51,375 nucleotides of DNA from a virus. Taxonomy: Duplodnaviria > Caudoviricetes. Position 1 is the first letter of the stretch. Each line of letters begins with the position of its first letter. The notes under the pieces are model-generated. The model saw only the letters and a list, made by a program, of their open reading frames with translations, did not search any database and was not told the origin of the DNA. Location of the stretch: positions 1 through 51,375 of the IMG/VR virus record IMGVR_UViG_3300046719_000018; one strand, written 5' to 3'. The translations under genes were made by a program, and so were the position numbers. Below, piece after piece: positions 15,971 through 24,510 of this stretch.

Positions 15971-16359
15971 GTGAACGAATCGAGTTGACGCCGAAGGAAG
16001 CGCATGAAGCAATCGAGACCACGCTGAACTGCTGCCTACCTCGTGCCAAATGGGACGAGGTGTTGGCCGAGGCGAACATCGCCGAAGTGCTCGGAGCCGC
16101 GTTTGATGGCGGCAACGGCATGGGCAAACTGGGATGGGGCAGCACCGATACCAGCCGAGTTATTCTTCTGCGCCTGACTGATGGTCGCTACGCAGTTTGG
16201 ACCGACAGCGAAGACTACACCGGGCACGGCTGACAGTGCTCCTCGGATGCCTCCGTGTGGGGCACGCTGAAGGAAGCGCAGGAGATGGGACTGGACGAGG
16301 CAGGCAGAGAGATGCTCGGCATCGCGCCACTAGGAAGCGAGTCCCCCGATGCCCACTAA
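15967..16359 (+). CDS. Hypothetical protein with in-frame TGA at 16231 (88 aa if it stops there; 130 aa if read through, candidate selenoprotein)
   Basis: DYTGHG*QCSS... frame stays open to TAA 16357-16359 and overlaps the next start; hairpin just 3' of the TGA. Confidence 0.6.
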
Positions 16360-16570
16360 CCCTCGTCGCGCGAAGCCCGTCCGGATGCGGCCGGTGGAGC
16401 AGTGGGCGTGGGTCGAGGCGCTGACCGGCGAGTTTCAAGAATTGGGGCATCCCGACAACGACCGCGGTGCTATGGAGCGCGGGTGCGCGGATGGTGAGCG
16501 CGTCGCCTACGTGAGTATCGCCGAGATTGACCCGCCGCCACCGCGGCGCAGGAAAGCGAGGAAGGCGTGA
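16349..16570 (+). CDS. Hypothetical protein
   Basis: 73 aa, coupled to the next gene. Confidence 0.55.
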   Translation: MPTNPRRAKPVRMRPVEQWAWVEALTGEFQELGHPDNDRGAMERGCADGERVAYVSIAEIDPPPPRRRKARKA

Positions 16571-16866
16571 GTGAGAGACCGTTGAGCGAGCGGCTAGGAG
16601 GGCTCAATAAGGCATGCGGATACCTGCACTATCCGCCCGATGTAATCGCCGAACTCCGCACGCTCGAGTCGCGGCTGGCGGAGGCGGAGGCTGCCCTCGT
16701 GCACTGCCAGTCGCAGGCCGGGCCAGACTCGTGCGCCGACGTGCTGGCCCGCCTCGCCGCCCTGGAGCGGGCGGGGGATGCGATGGTGGCAACGATGCAG
16801 TGGCACGGCGAGCAGACGCCAGGGCAAGCACTCGCCGCCTGGACTGCGGCACGGGAGGGGAAGTGA
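16567..16866 (+). CDS. Hypothetical protein
   Basis: 99 aa with overlapping start/stop codons. Confidence 0.55.
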   Translation: MSERPLSERLGGLNKACGYLHYPPDVIAELRTLESRLAEAEAALVHCQSQAGPDSCADVLARLAALERAGDAMVATMQWHGEQTPGQALAAWTAAREGK

Positions 16867-17153
16867 TGCCGAGCAAGCGAGCGATGGAGACGGCGGCACA
16901 GCTATGGTGCCTGCCTGCGCACGAGAAGAAGGAAATGGACGCAGAGTTTGCGCAAGCCATCGCCACCGCCATCGACGCCGCCGTGGCCGAAGCGCTGGAG
17001 CGGGCGCTTACTGCGGCGCGCGGTGCATTCAACGTAACGTGGCGAGAACTCGGCAAAGAGAACGCGCAGTGGGGAGGGGCGATGCAGGCGGCTGCTACAG
17101 AAACGTTCTTGACGATTGAGCAGGCCATCCGCGCCCTCAAGGAGCCCCGCTGA
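16866..17153 (+). CDS. Hypothetical phage protein
   Basis: TGATG coupling, GGAGGG RBS; AAQLWC.P....EMD motif. Confidence 0.6.
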   Translation: MPSKRAMETAAQLWCLPAHEKKEMDAEFAQAIATAIDAAVAEALERALTAARGAFNVTWRELGKENAQWGGAMQAAATETFLTIEQAIRALKEPR

Positions 17154-17359
17154 TGCCCGGCCCGATGAGCGGGGAGGAGTTGCGGGAGATTGTGGAGCGA
17201 GCGAAAACCCGCCGTGCTGGATTCCTGTCGTCGGAAATGCTTCTAGTGCTCGCACTGGTGCGGAGACTCATCACCGACGTGTGCCGTCTCGGACACCCGC
17301 AGTCGAAGGCGGTACAGGAGGCGCGAGCGCTCGGTCAGGCAATGGGATTGGAGGAGTAG
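17153..17359 (+). CDS. Hypothetical protein
   Basis: AAGGAG RBS, TGATG coupling. Confidence 0.55.
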   Translation: MPGPMSGEELREIVERAKTRRAGFLSSEMLLVLALVRRLITDVCRLGHPQSKAVQEARALGQAMGLEE

Positions 17360-17360
17360 T

Positions 17361-18809
17361 ATGACCGATGACCAGTGGGAGGCGGAGGCGTACCGGATTG
17401 CCAGCACGCGCAAGGAAGGGCTCGGCTGGCTCTCAGGCGCCCGCTGGGCTCGCTCGCACGGAGCCGCGGAGATAGCGGCAATCCAGCTTGAGCATCGGGA
17501 GGCCCTGGACGCGGCCCACAAGGAGAACGACGCCCACGTTGCGCGAGTGGCGCGCGACAGGGACGCGGCAACGGTTGCGTGCGGCAAGTGGCAGGCCCGC
17601 GCCGAGCAGGCCGAGCGGGAGAGTGCTCAGGCCATGCGTGATCGAGAGCATTTTCGCCGGGTGGCCGATACGACAGAGCGTGACCTCGCCGCCGCCCGCG
17701 CCCGGCTGGAGCGGATGCGCGCCGGGATTCTGCGCGTGCGCGATGCCCATCGTGGGTGGGACAAGTGCCTGAGTCCGGGCGCTTGCAAGGGCTCGCCGGC
17801 TTGCGTGCCGTGCGTGATTGCCGCCGCCCTCGCCGAGCCGCAGCAGGAAGTGCAGTCCGAACAGGCGCCGACCAAGGCGCGGGAGTACGGAAGGTTGGCT
17901 CCAGAGAAGTGCTGTGGCTGGCGTGCCGAGCAAACCAATTTCCTGCCGTGCCCGACATGCGGACGGTTGACGGTGGAGCCAACGATGGCGCCGGAGACTG
18001 CGGCGCGGGAGGAGACATGCTCAAGCGATGGTGGTGCTGGATCTGGCATCGACGACAGCAAGAGCCGTACTGCTGTGGAGCCTGCCCGGTCTGTGGCGGA
18101 GACTTCGGCCCATGTCTCGGGCAGCGCCACGGCTAGCCCATCGGTAGCGCCGCCGGTGGGGGCGGAGCGGCAGACGGAAGTGTGCCTGTGCGGTCATCGA
18201 CGTGGCGAGCACTTCGGCGCCGAAGGGAAACGCAACGGCCTCGGTCAATGCGGGTGGTGCGGGACTCCGGGCGCCACTACGGCAGCGCCGTGCATGGCCT
18301 TCAAGCCAGCCCCCGAGCCCGAGCCGGCCCGCTGCCCCGTCTGCAACCGCACCGACGCCGAGGGGCACAAGCGGGTGCTCGTGCCTGCCGAGCCCGCGCC
18401 GGAGCGATGCTACGTTGACCCCACCTGCACGCTCGGCAAGGCGCCGCACATGCACTACCCGTGGGGCGTCGGTATCGGGCCAAGCCCGCTCGCGCAAGCT
18501 GTGCCCGAGCCCGCGCCGGCTGCGGCGGTGGATGAATTGTGCAGGCGGCATACCTACGTGGACTTCCCCGATGTGCCGGTCAGCGAGTGCGGTCGGTGCC
18601 AGAAGGAGCGCTCGGCCGACACCAGCGCCGCGCTCGATGAGGCGGTGCGGGAGGCGCGGAGGGAATTTGAGTTGGCTCGGTGGTTTGCGCGCAAGGGTAG
18701 CGACATTTCCATCGCAACCGTCGCTAGCGGCTACAGCATGGCCGGCATTCACTCGTTGGCGAATGCGGTCGAGAAATTGGTCGAGCTGCTGGCGGGGAGG
18801 GGGCGGTGA
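17361..18809 (+). CDS. Coiled-coil protein with multiple small Cys/His zinc-knuckle modules
   Basis: 482 aa; at least six Cys/His clusters separated by PEPAP-type linkers. Confidence 0.65.
   Translation: MTDDQWEAEAYRIASTRKEGLGWLSGARWARSHGAAEIAAIQLEHREALDAAHKENDAHVARVARDRDAATVACGKWQARAEQAERESAQAMRDREHFRRVADTTERDLAAARARLERMRAGILRVRDAHRGWDKCLSPGACKGSPACVPCVIAAALAEPQQEVQSEQAPTKAREYGRLAPEKCCGWRAEQTNFLPCPTCGRLTVEPTMAPETAAREETCSSDGGAGSGIDDSKSRTAVEPARSVAETSAHVSGSATASPSVAPPVGAERQTEVCLCGHRRGEHFGAEGKRNGLGQCGWCGTPGATTAAPCMAFKPAPEPEPARCPVCNRTDAEGHKRVLVPAEPAPERCYVDPTCTLGKAPHMHYPWGVGIGPSPLAQAVPEPAPAAAVDELCRRHTYVDFPDVPVSECGRCQKERSADTSAALDEAVREARREFELARWFARKGSDISIATVASGYSMAGIHSLANAVEKLVELLAGRGR
18017..18136 (+). 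CDS. Possible nested 39-aa Cys/Trp-rich protein in an alternative frame
   Basis: GGAGGAG RBS; MLKRWWCWIWHRRQQEPYCCGACPVCGG. Confidence 0.35.
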   Translation: MLKRWWCWIWHRRQQEPYCCGACPVCGGDFGPCLGQRHG

Positions 18810-18997
18810 CTCCCGCCGAGAAGAACCTCATCGACCATGCTTTGTGGTGGTATAGGACGCGCTACTGGAGCCGGCCCGGCATGGGGCGGGACCCGTACCG
18901 GGCGGTGTCACAGCTTGATGGGGCCGTCGAGAGCTACTGCCGTGCTACAGGGTTCGTGATGGACGAGTTGATGGAACCACCGGAGCAGCCAGAATGA
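18806..18997 (+). CDS. Hypothetical protein
   Basis: 63 aa, coupled on both sides. Confidence 0.55.
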   Translation: MTPAEKNLIDHALWWYRTRYWSRPGMGRDPYRAVSQLDGAVESYCRATGFVMDELMEPPEQPE

Positions 18998-19629
18998 AGA
19001 AACCGCCGCTTGTCTCCTGCATCATGCCGACGCAACCGGAGCGGGACTCGCTCGTATCGCTTGCGATCCGCGGCATCACCAAGCAGTCCTACAGCGCGCT
19101 CGAGATTATCTCCGAACGACGCACGTCCGTTTCCATCGGTTCAACCAGGAACGCGGCGATCCGAGCGTCGCACGGCGACATCATCTATCACGCTGACGAC
19201 GACGATTGGAGCTCGCTAGACCGCATCGAGCGGTGCGTCGAGGTGCTGCGCTCAGCCCCAGGCAAGCCCGGGGCCGACCTCGTAGGCTCGAGCCGGATCT
19301 ACTACCACGAACCGCCCACGGGCAAGGCATGGCTGTACGACGGCGCAGCAGTCACGCACGGACCACCGTGGATTGCAGGCGGAACGCTCGTCTATCGCCG
19401 ATCGCTGTGGGACAAGCTCGGCGGGTTCGACCCGTGGGCACATCAGGGCGAGGATACCGACTTCGTAACCCGCGCTCGTGCTGCCGGTGCCGTCGTTGTA
19501 GACCTCGCCGATCCGACGCTGTACGTCGCGACTGTTCATCCGCAGAACACATGCAGGAAACAGACAACCGGACCGGGCTGGACTCCTGTTCCGCTCGAGA
19601 CCGTCACCAAGATCATGGGGGGAGAATGA
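18994..19629 (+). CDS. Glycosyltransferase family 2 (GT-A)
   Basis: PLVSCIMPT, SIGSTRN, GDIIYHADDDDW, GGFD...GEDTDF. Confidence 0.9.
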   Translation: MKKPPLVSCIMPTQPERDSLVSLAIRGITKQSYSALEIISERRTSVSIGSTRNAAIRASHGDIIYHADDDDWSSLDRIERCVEVLRSAPGKPGADLVGSSRIYYHEPPTGKAWLYDGAAVTHGPPWIAGGTLVYRRSLWDKLGGFDPWAHQGEDTDFVTRARAAGAVVVDLADPTLYVATVHPQNTCRKQTTGPGWTPVPLETVTKIMGGE

Positions 19630-20591
19630 AGATCGCGCTACTTGGAAACTGCGCCTGGGCAACGTACACCACGGAAAACCACTTCCGGATCAGCCTCGAA
19701 TCACTCGGGCACGAAGTGACCATTCTGGAGGAGACGCTTCGGCTCGATGGCTTGCAGTACCTCGAGCAAGCACGACTGGCGCAGGTAGACCTCCTGCTTT
19801 GGGTCCACACCCCAACGCTGGAGATTCCGCGAGTCAGCCACATGCTCGACGGCTTCAAGGGACTCGGCATCCCGACCGTGGGGTACCATCTCGACCTCTA
19901 TCGCGGCCTGAAGCGCGAGGGTCAGCACGGGTTCGATCATCCGTGGTGGCACTGCGACCACATCTTCTCGCCCGACGGTGGCGCGCCCAAGGGCTACTGG
20001 GAGGAGCGCGGGATCAATCACCACTGGTCACCGCCGGGCGTTCTGGCCGAGTCCTGCTACATGGCCGAGCCCGACTACGACAAGCACCCGGAACCGATCA
20101 TCTTCGTGGGCAGCCGCGGGTACCATCCTGAGCACCCGTTCCGAGGCGAGCTCATCAACTGGCTCGAGCGGACCTACAAGGGCCAGTTCAAGCTGTACGA
20201 GCACAACTCGAAGATGCGCGAGCACGCCCTCAACGTGCTGTACTCCTCCGCCAAGGTAATCATCGGCGACTCTTGCACGATCAACGGGGAAGCGCCGTTC
20301 CGGTACTGGTCGGATCGCGTTCCCGAAACGCTCGGCCGCGGCGGCTTCCTGCTGCATCCGACGACTCCGGGCATGGACGAGTTCTTCCAGGACGGCGTTC
20401 ACCTGGAGAGCTTCGAGCGTGGCGACTGGGAGGAGTTGGCAGACCTCATCGAATGGGCGCTGGAATCGCCGCTCGAGGTGGACGAGATCCGGCGCGCAGG
20501 CCAGAACGAGGTGAAGCAGCGCCACACGTACACCACGCGCATGATGTCCATGCTCCGGACGGTGACTCAACTGAACGGGCTGCCGCGGTGA
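19626..20591 (+). CDS. GT-B glycosyltransferase, CgeB/Glyco_trans_1_2-like
   Basis: IIFVGS, YWSDRVPETLGRGGFLL, GQ..V...HTY..R. Confidence 0.85.
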   Translation: MKIALLGNCAWATYTTENHFRISLESLGHEVTILEETLRLDGLQYLEQARLAQVDLLLWVHTPTLEIPRVSHMLDGFKGLGIPTVGYHLDLYRGLKREGQHGFDHPWWHCDHIFSPDGGAPKGYWEERGINHHWSPPGVLAESCYMAEPDYDKHPEPIIFVGSRGYHPEHPFRGELINWLERTYKGQFKLYEHNSKMREHALNVLYSSAKVIIGDSCTINGEAPFRYWSDRVPETLGRGGFLLHPTTPGMDEFFQDGVHLESFERGDWEELADLIEWALESPLEVDEIRRAGQNEVKQRHTYTTRMMSMLRTVTQLNGLPR

Positions 20592-22249
20592 AGTCCCTCT
20601 GGCCGTTCTCGATCCACGCGCCATGCTGGGATCAAGCGCTTCTGGCTGAAATCGTGTCGGGGCAGGCATGGCCGATTCCTGGGCAGCACGGAGCCACCAT
20701 CGTGGTAGCTTCCGGTTCCCTGCTGGGCGGCAGCTCTCCGGAGGCCCGGGACGGCTTCCTGGAGCGCGTAGCAGCGCTCCCGGCTGCGGTAGTGGTCCAT
20801 ACCTCGGACGAGGGGCAGGCGCACCCCTGGAGCCATCAGTGGCCCGCCTGGAGCCAATACTGGAACCCCGACACCCCGCTGAAGGACGCCAAGCCCCTGC
20901 TGCTAGGGGCGCCACCGGACGCCCGGCGCATCTTGGCAGACATTCCCCGCCGGCCGGCAGCGGAGCGGGCCCGATGGTTCTTCTCCGGGCAGGTACAGAA
21001 CAAGATCCGCCGGGCGTGCGTGGACGAGCTCAGGGAACGGTCTGATGGGGCCTTGCACGTCTCTCCAGGCTTCCTGAAGGGCTTGGGGCGGGTGGAGTAC
21101 CTATCCGGCCTCGCCGGGGCTGCCATAGCCCCCTGCCCGGCCGGGAACGTCCACCCCGACACCATGAGGCTGTACGAAGCGCTCGAGGCGGGGTGTCTGC
21201 CGGTCGCCAATCGCCGGTACGAGCCGGGCTGGCCCAACACCACGAACTACTGGTGGACCGTGCTCGGGGAGGGTTTCGAGCCGTTCCCGTGCGTGAACGA
21301 CTGGACGGAGCTGCCGGGCGTCTTTCGGAGGTACGAGGACAACCCGGGCTGGCTCCAGCGGGATACGAATCGAGCAACGGCATGGTGGATCGGCTACAAG
21401 CGCCAGCTCGCGCTCGACCTTGCCGAGGAAGGCGGGTACGACTTCGGGCCCGTCACCGTCCTGATGCCCACCTCGCCAATACCAGACCATCCGAGCACCG
21501 CCTGCATCGAGGACAGCATCCGTCGGGTGCGCGCCTACCCCGGCCTCGAGCGGGCCGACATCATCATCATGGTGGACGGGGTACGGGAGGAGCAGGAGGG
21601 CAGGACCGCCGACTACGAGGAATACAAGCGGCGGCTCATCGACCTGTGCAACTGGCATCCCGACTTCTGGGGCTGCTTCCCGCTCGTGTTCGACGAGTTC
21701 ACCCATCAGGCGAACATGGCGCGCTACGCCCTCGAGCTGGTCCGGACGCCGCTCATCTTCTACGTGGAGCACGACACGTATCCGGTCGGCGCGCTGGACT
21801 TCCCTGTCCTGTTCCGAACGTTCGAGGAGGCGCCGCAGATGAACGTGCTGCGGTTCTCCATCTTCGATGCGCACATTCCCGAGCACGCCCACCTGTTCCC
21901 GAACGGGCCAACGATCAGGGTTCCGGATGGCAGGCTGATACCTACAATCCAGTGGAGTCAGCGGCCCCACCTTGCCCGCACGGACTGGTACCGCCAGCAG
22001 ATGACGGAATGGTTCGGCTCGAAGGCGCGGACCATGATCGAAGATACGATGTTCGGCCTCGTGTTCGAGCGGGTGAAGCGCGGCCTCGACAAGTGGCAGG
22101 ACTGGGGCATCTACCTGTACGAGCCGGCGAGCGGTGGACTGCTAAGATCAGACACCAGCGACGGCAGGAAGAAAGACCCCAAGTTTTCGATGCAGTGGTG
22201 CTACGACGGTCCTGTACCCGAGGGCGCTCCGGCGCCAGGAGTCCGATGA
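20588..22249 (+). CDS. Two-domain glycosyltransferase: exostosin/GT47-like N-terminus fused to a GT-A-like C-terminus
   Basis: FFSGQ, APCPAGN..DTMRLYEALEAGCLPV; then TVLMPTSPIP, IMVDGV, TPLIFYVEHD; GTG start at 20588. Confidence 0.75.
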   Translation: MKSLWPFSIHAPCWDQALLAEIVSGQAWPIPGQHGATIVVASGSLLGGSSPEARDGFLERVAALPAAVVVHTSDEGQAHPWSHQWPAWSQYWNPDTPLKDAKPLLLGAPPDARRILADIPRRPAAERARWFFSGQVQNKIRRACVDELRERSDGALHVSPGFLKGLGRVEYLSGLAGAAIAPCPAGNVHPDTMRLYEALEAGCLPVANRRYEPGWPNTTNYWWTVLGEGFEPFPCVNDWTELPGVFRRYEDNPGWLQRDTNRATAWWIGYKRQLALDLAEEGGYDFGPVTVLMPTSPIPDHPSTACIEDSIRRVRAYPGLERADIIIMVDGVREEQEGRTADYEEYKRRLIDLCNWHPDFWGCFPLVFDEFTHQANMARYALELVRTPLIFYVEHDTYPVGALDFPVLFRTFEEAPQMNVLRFSIFDAHIPEHAHLFPNGPTIRVPDGRLIPTIQWSQRPHLARTDWYRQQMTEWFGSKARTMIEDTMFGLVFERVKRGLDKWQDWGIYLYEPASGGLLRSDTSDGRKKDPKFSMQWCYDGPVPEGAPAPGVR

Positions 22250-23154
22250 TGCGAACGCTCACGCCGCGCACGAACGAAACCGCGAAAGCGGAGTTCCATC
22301 TCACCTACGCCTGCAACCTCGAATGCTATGCCTGCTCGCGCGGTTCCTTCCTGAAGGAGCCTGTGGTCCCGCAGATGACCATGGAGGACTGCAACGAGTT
22401 CTTCGCGCAGGCAGACGCCCTCGGCTGGAAGTGCAACATCATCGTGATCGGTGGCGAGCCTACCCTGCATCCGCAGTACGAGGAAATCATCGACCGTTGC
22501 CGCCAGTGGGTCGGTAACGGCCCGTACTACGTCCAGGTGTACTCCAACGCCTACGCTCAGCACAGCCGAAGCCTGTTGCAGATCTCGAAGGCCAAGGGCG
22601 CGTCTGTCTGTCCTGACGCCCACAAGTTGCCCGGGTCCGTGATGCCGGTGAACGTGCGCACGTCTGACGGGAAGAATTGGGATACGACGCCATCGGGCGA
22701 GCGGTGGGATCCCTACGTGTTCGTCTCGCCTGTGGACGCCGGAGTGACGCCGCGGGGCGAGTGCTACATCCACGGTTCGGCAATCTGCGGCATCAGCGTG
22801 GACCACGAAGGATATGCTCCGTGCTCCATGGGCGGCGCTCTCGGTGCGCTGCTGGGCGGGGTGGGCAAGACGCGGCGGCTCGCCGACCTGTTCGACCCGG
22901 CAATCGCCGAGCGGCTCACGGACGACCTGTGCAGGAACTGCGGCTATGCCTACGAGGGCAGGCGGCGGCTGGGCGGCGATGAACACCTCGGAGTGAAGCC
23001 GGGCGGTGAACCACAGACCGAGGAGGAACGCGCCATCTCAGACGCGCGCCGGCACGAGGAGGTGCGGTTCTACGGGTACGGCGAGCAGCAGCAGCTCGGC
23101 TGGCACACCCCCATGAGCCCGACGTGGCAGAAGGCGTTCGCTGGTCGGCGATGA
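22246..23154 (+). CDS. Radical SAM protein
   Basis: CNLECYAC (CxxxCxxC), GGEPTLHP, extra C-terminal Cys cluster. Confidence 0.9.
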   Translation: MMRTLTPRTNETAKAEFHLTYACNLECYACSRGSFLKEPVVPQMTMEDCNEFFAQADALGWKCNIIVIGGEPTLHPQYEEIIDRCRQWVGNGPYYVQVYSNAYAQHSRSLLQISKAKGASVCPDAHKLPGSVMPVNVRTSDGKNWDTTPSGERWDPYVFVSPVDAGVTPRGECYIHGSAICGISVDHEGYAPCSMGGALGALLGGVGKTRRLADLFDPAIAERLTDDLCRNCGYAYEGRRRLGGDEHLGVKPGGEPQTEEERAISDARRHEEVRFYGYGEQQQLGWHTPMSPTWQKAFAGRR

Positions 23155-24020
23155 ACATCCTCCTGCTCACGAACATCCGATGCGGGAAGGGGCTCGCGAA
23201 GGACGCTGAGATTCTGGCGGAGGATCTGCGAGCGCTCGGCCACGAGGTGACGCCCTGGGACTACCGGGACGAGCCGCCGCTGCGCGGTTCGATGTTCGAC
23301 CTCGGCATCTTCCTCGAGACGCTGCTACGGTCAACGTGGCACTGGTGGCGTCCCATGTGCCGCCGGTTCTGGTGGATTCCGAACCCGGAATGGGTCGATA
23401 GCCAGCATCAAGAGCTCGTTCCGTCAATCGAGCTCATCCTGGCAAAGACGTGGCACGGACGGGCGGCGCTCCAGAAGCGTTACCCGACCGCTGCGCTCGA
23501 GTACAGTGGCTTCCGCTCGCGCGACCTCGGGTATTCGCCCAAGCTCGAACGGGTGTTCTTCCACGCCCACGCCGGGGCTAGCACGAAGGGGACCGGGGCC
23601 ATCCGTGAAGCGTGGGATCGGCACAAGCTCCCGTATCCGCTGCGCATCACCGCCGGGATGATGCCAGAGAAGGAGTACAGGGAGGTGCAGCGTTCCGCTC
23701 TGTTCCATCTGTTTCCATCTGAGTACGAAGGGTACGGCCACGCCGTGCATGAGGGGCTTGGACTCGGAGCGCTTGTCGCTACGCTACCGTCATGGGATGA
23801 CGGAGGCGGGGCCATCTGCTACTTCGATTCGGCAGCGGGACCGCGCCGCGGGTGCGTGGATACCTTCCTCGTCTCGTTCAACGACGTGGCAAAGGAAGTC
23901 AAGACCATGTGGGAGTTGACGGACGAGCAGGTAGAGCGGGAGCGAAAGATCGCTCGAGCCTCTTTCGAGGAGGACGCTCGCGAGTTTCGACGGCGGCTGA
24001 ATCTGCTACTGCGCTACTGA
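23151..24020 (+). CDS. GT-B glycosyltransferase (GT4-like)
   Basis: FPSEYEGYGHAVHEGLGLG (Ex7E motif), IPNPEW. Confidence 0.85.
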   Translation: MNILLLTNIRCGKGLAKDAEILAEDLRALGHEVTPWDYRDEPPLRGSMFDLGIFLETLLRSTWHWWRPMCRRFWWIPNPEWVDSQHQELVPSIELILAKTWHGRAALQKRYPTAALEYSGFRSRDLGYSPKLERVFFHAHAGASTKGTGAIREAWDRHKLPYPLRITAGMMPEKEYREVQRSALFHLFPSEYEGYGHAVHEGLGLGALVATLPSWDDGGGAICYFDSAAGPRRGCVDTFLVSFNDVAKEVKTMWELTDEQVERERKIARASFEEDAREFRRRLNLLLRY

Positions 24021-24023
24021 GGT

Positions 24024-24103
24024 AGGCGCGCCCCGGAGTTGGACCGAGCAGCGAGGGAAGAGAAGCCTGGGGAGGCAGACTCGCCGGCTATCCTGCGCGC
24101 GCC
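24024..24103 (-). ncRNA. tRNA-like structured element (acceptor stem plus T-arm, no canonical anticodon arm)
   Basis: GGCGCGC/GCGCGCC 7-bp stem; CTCGG-TCCAACT-CCGGG T-arm; fills the gap between convergent operons. Confidence 0.4.
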
Positions 24104-24108
24104 TGCTG

Positions 24109-24510
24109 CTAGGGGACCTTGGTACCTGACGCCTCGAGTGATGCCTTCGTATCGGCGATAACAGAAGCGTTCGGGCTCGAGAGGAGGACGGCGGCGGTTT
24201 CCTTTTCCTTCTTGCCGGCCCAGCCCATCGCCATGAGGCCAGCGCTGACGGCAGCCCAGCCCTTCATCAACTCGTCGAAGCTAAATTCACCCGAGAGCGT
24301 GTGGACGATGATCAGCGCGCCGCCCAGAACGGCTGAAAGACCGGCACCTTTTGTTTTCCAGCCCTTGATGAGACTCGTAATCTTATCCACGTCATCTCCT
24401 TTGACGCCCGCCTTGCGTAGCGCCTTCTTTACCCCGAGAAAGAAGAGAGTTTCGCGCACCTTTCGGGGAAGCAGATCCGCGACCTTGGCGAAAATCAACG
24501 CCAGCCCCAT
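24109..24510 (-). CDS. Putative holin-like membrane protein
   Basis: GWKTK followed by two hydrophobic segments; GGAGG RBS; in the lysis cassette. Confidence 0.55.
   Translation of the reverse strand: MGLALIFAKVADLLPRKVRETLFFLGVKKALRKAGVKGDDVDKITSLIKGWKTKGAGLSAVLGGALIIVHTLSGEFSFDELMKGWAAVSAGLMAMGWAGKKEKETAAVLLSSPNASVIADTKASLEASGTKVP

Noticed and set aside
16231-16233. Genome-wide TGA reassignment
   Set aside because: Many genes end in TGA with ATGA/TGATG coupling, so any recoding must be site-specific
24024-24103. Canonical tRNA, including tRNA-Sec
   Set aside because: No 7-nt anticodon loop, no UCA anticodon, lacks U8 and the TTC motif; kept only as tRNA-like
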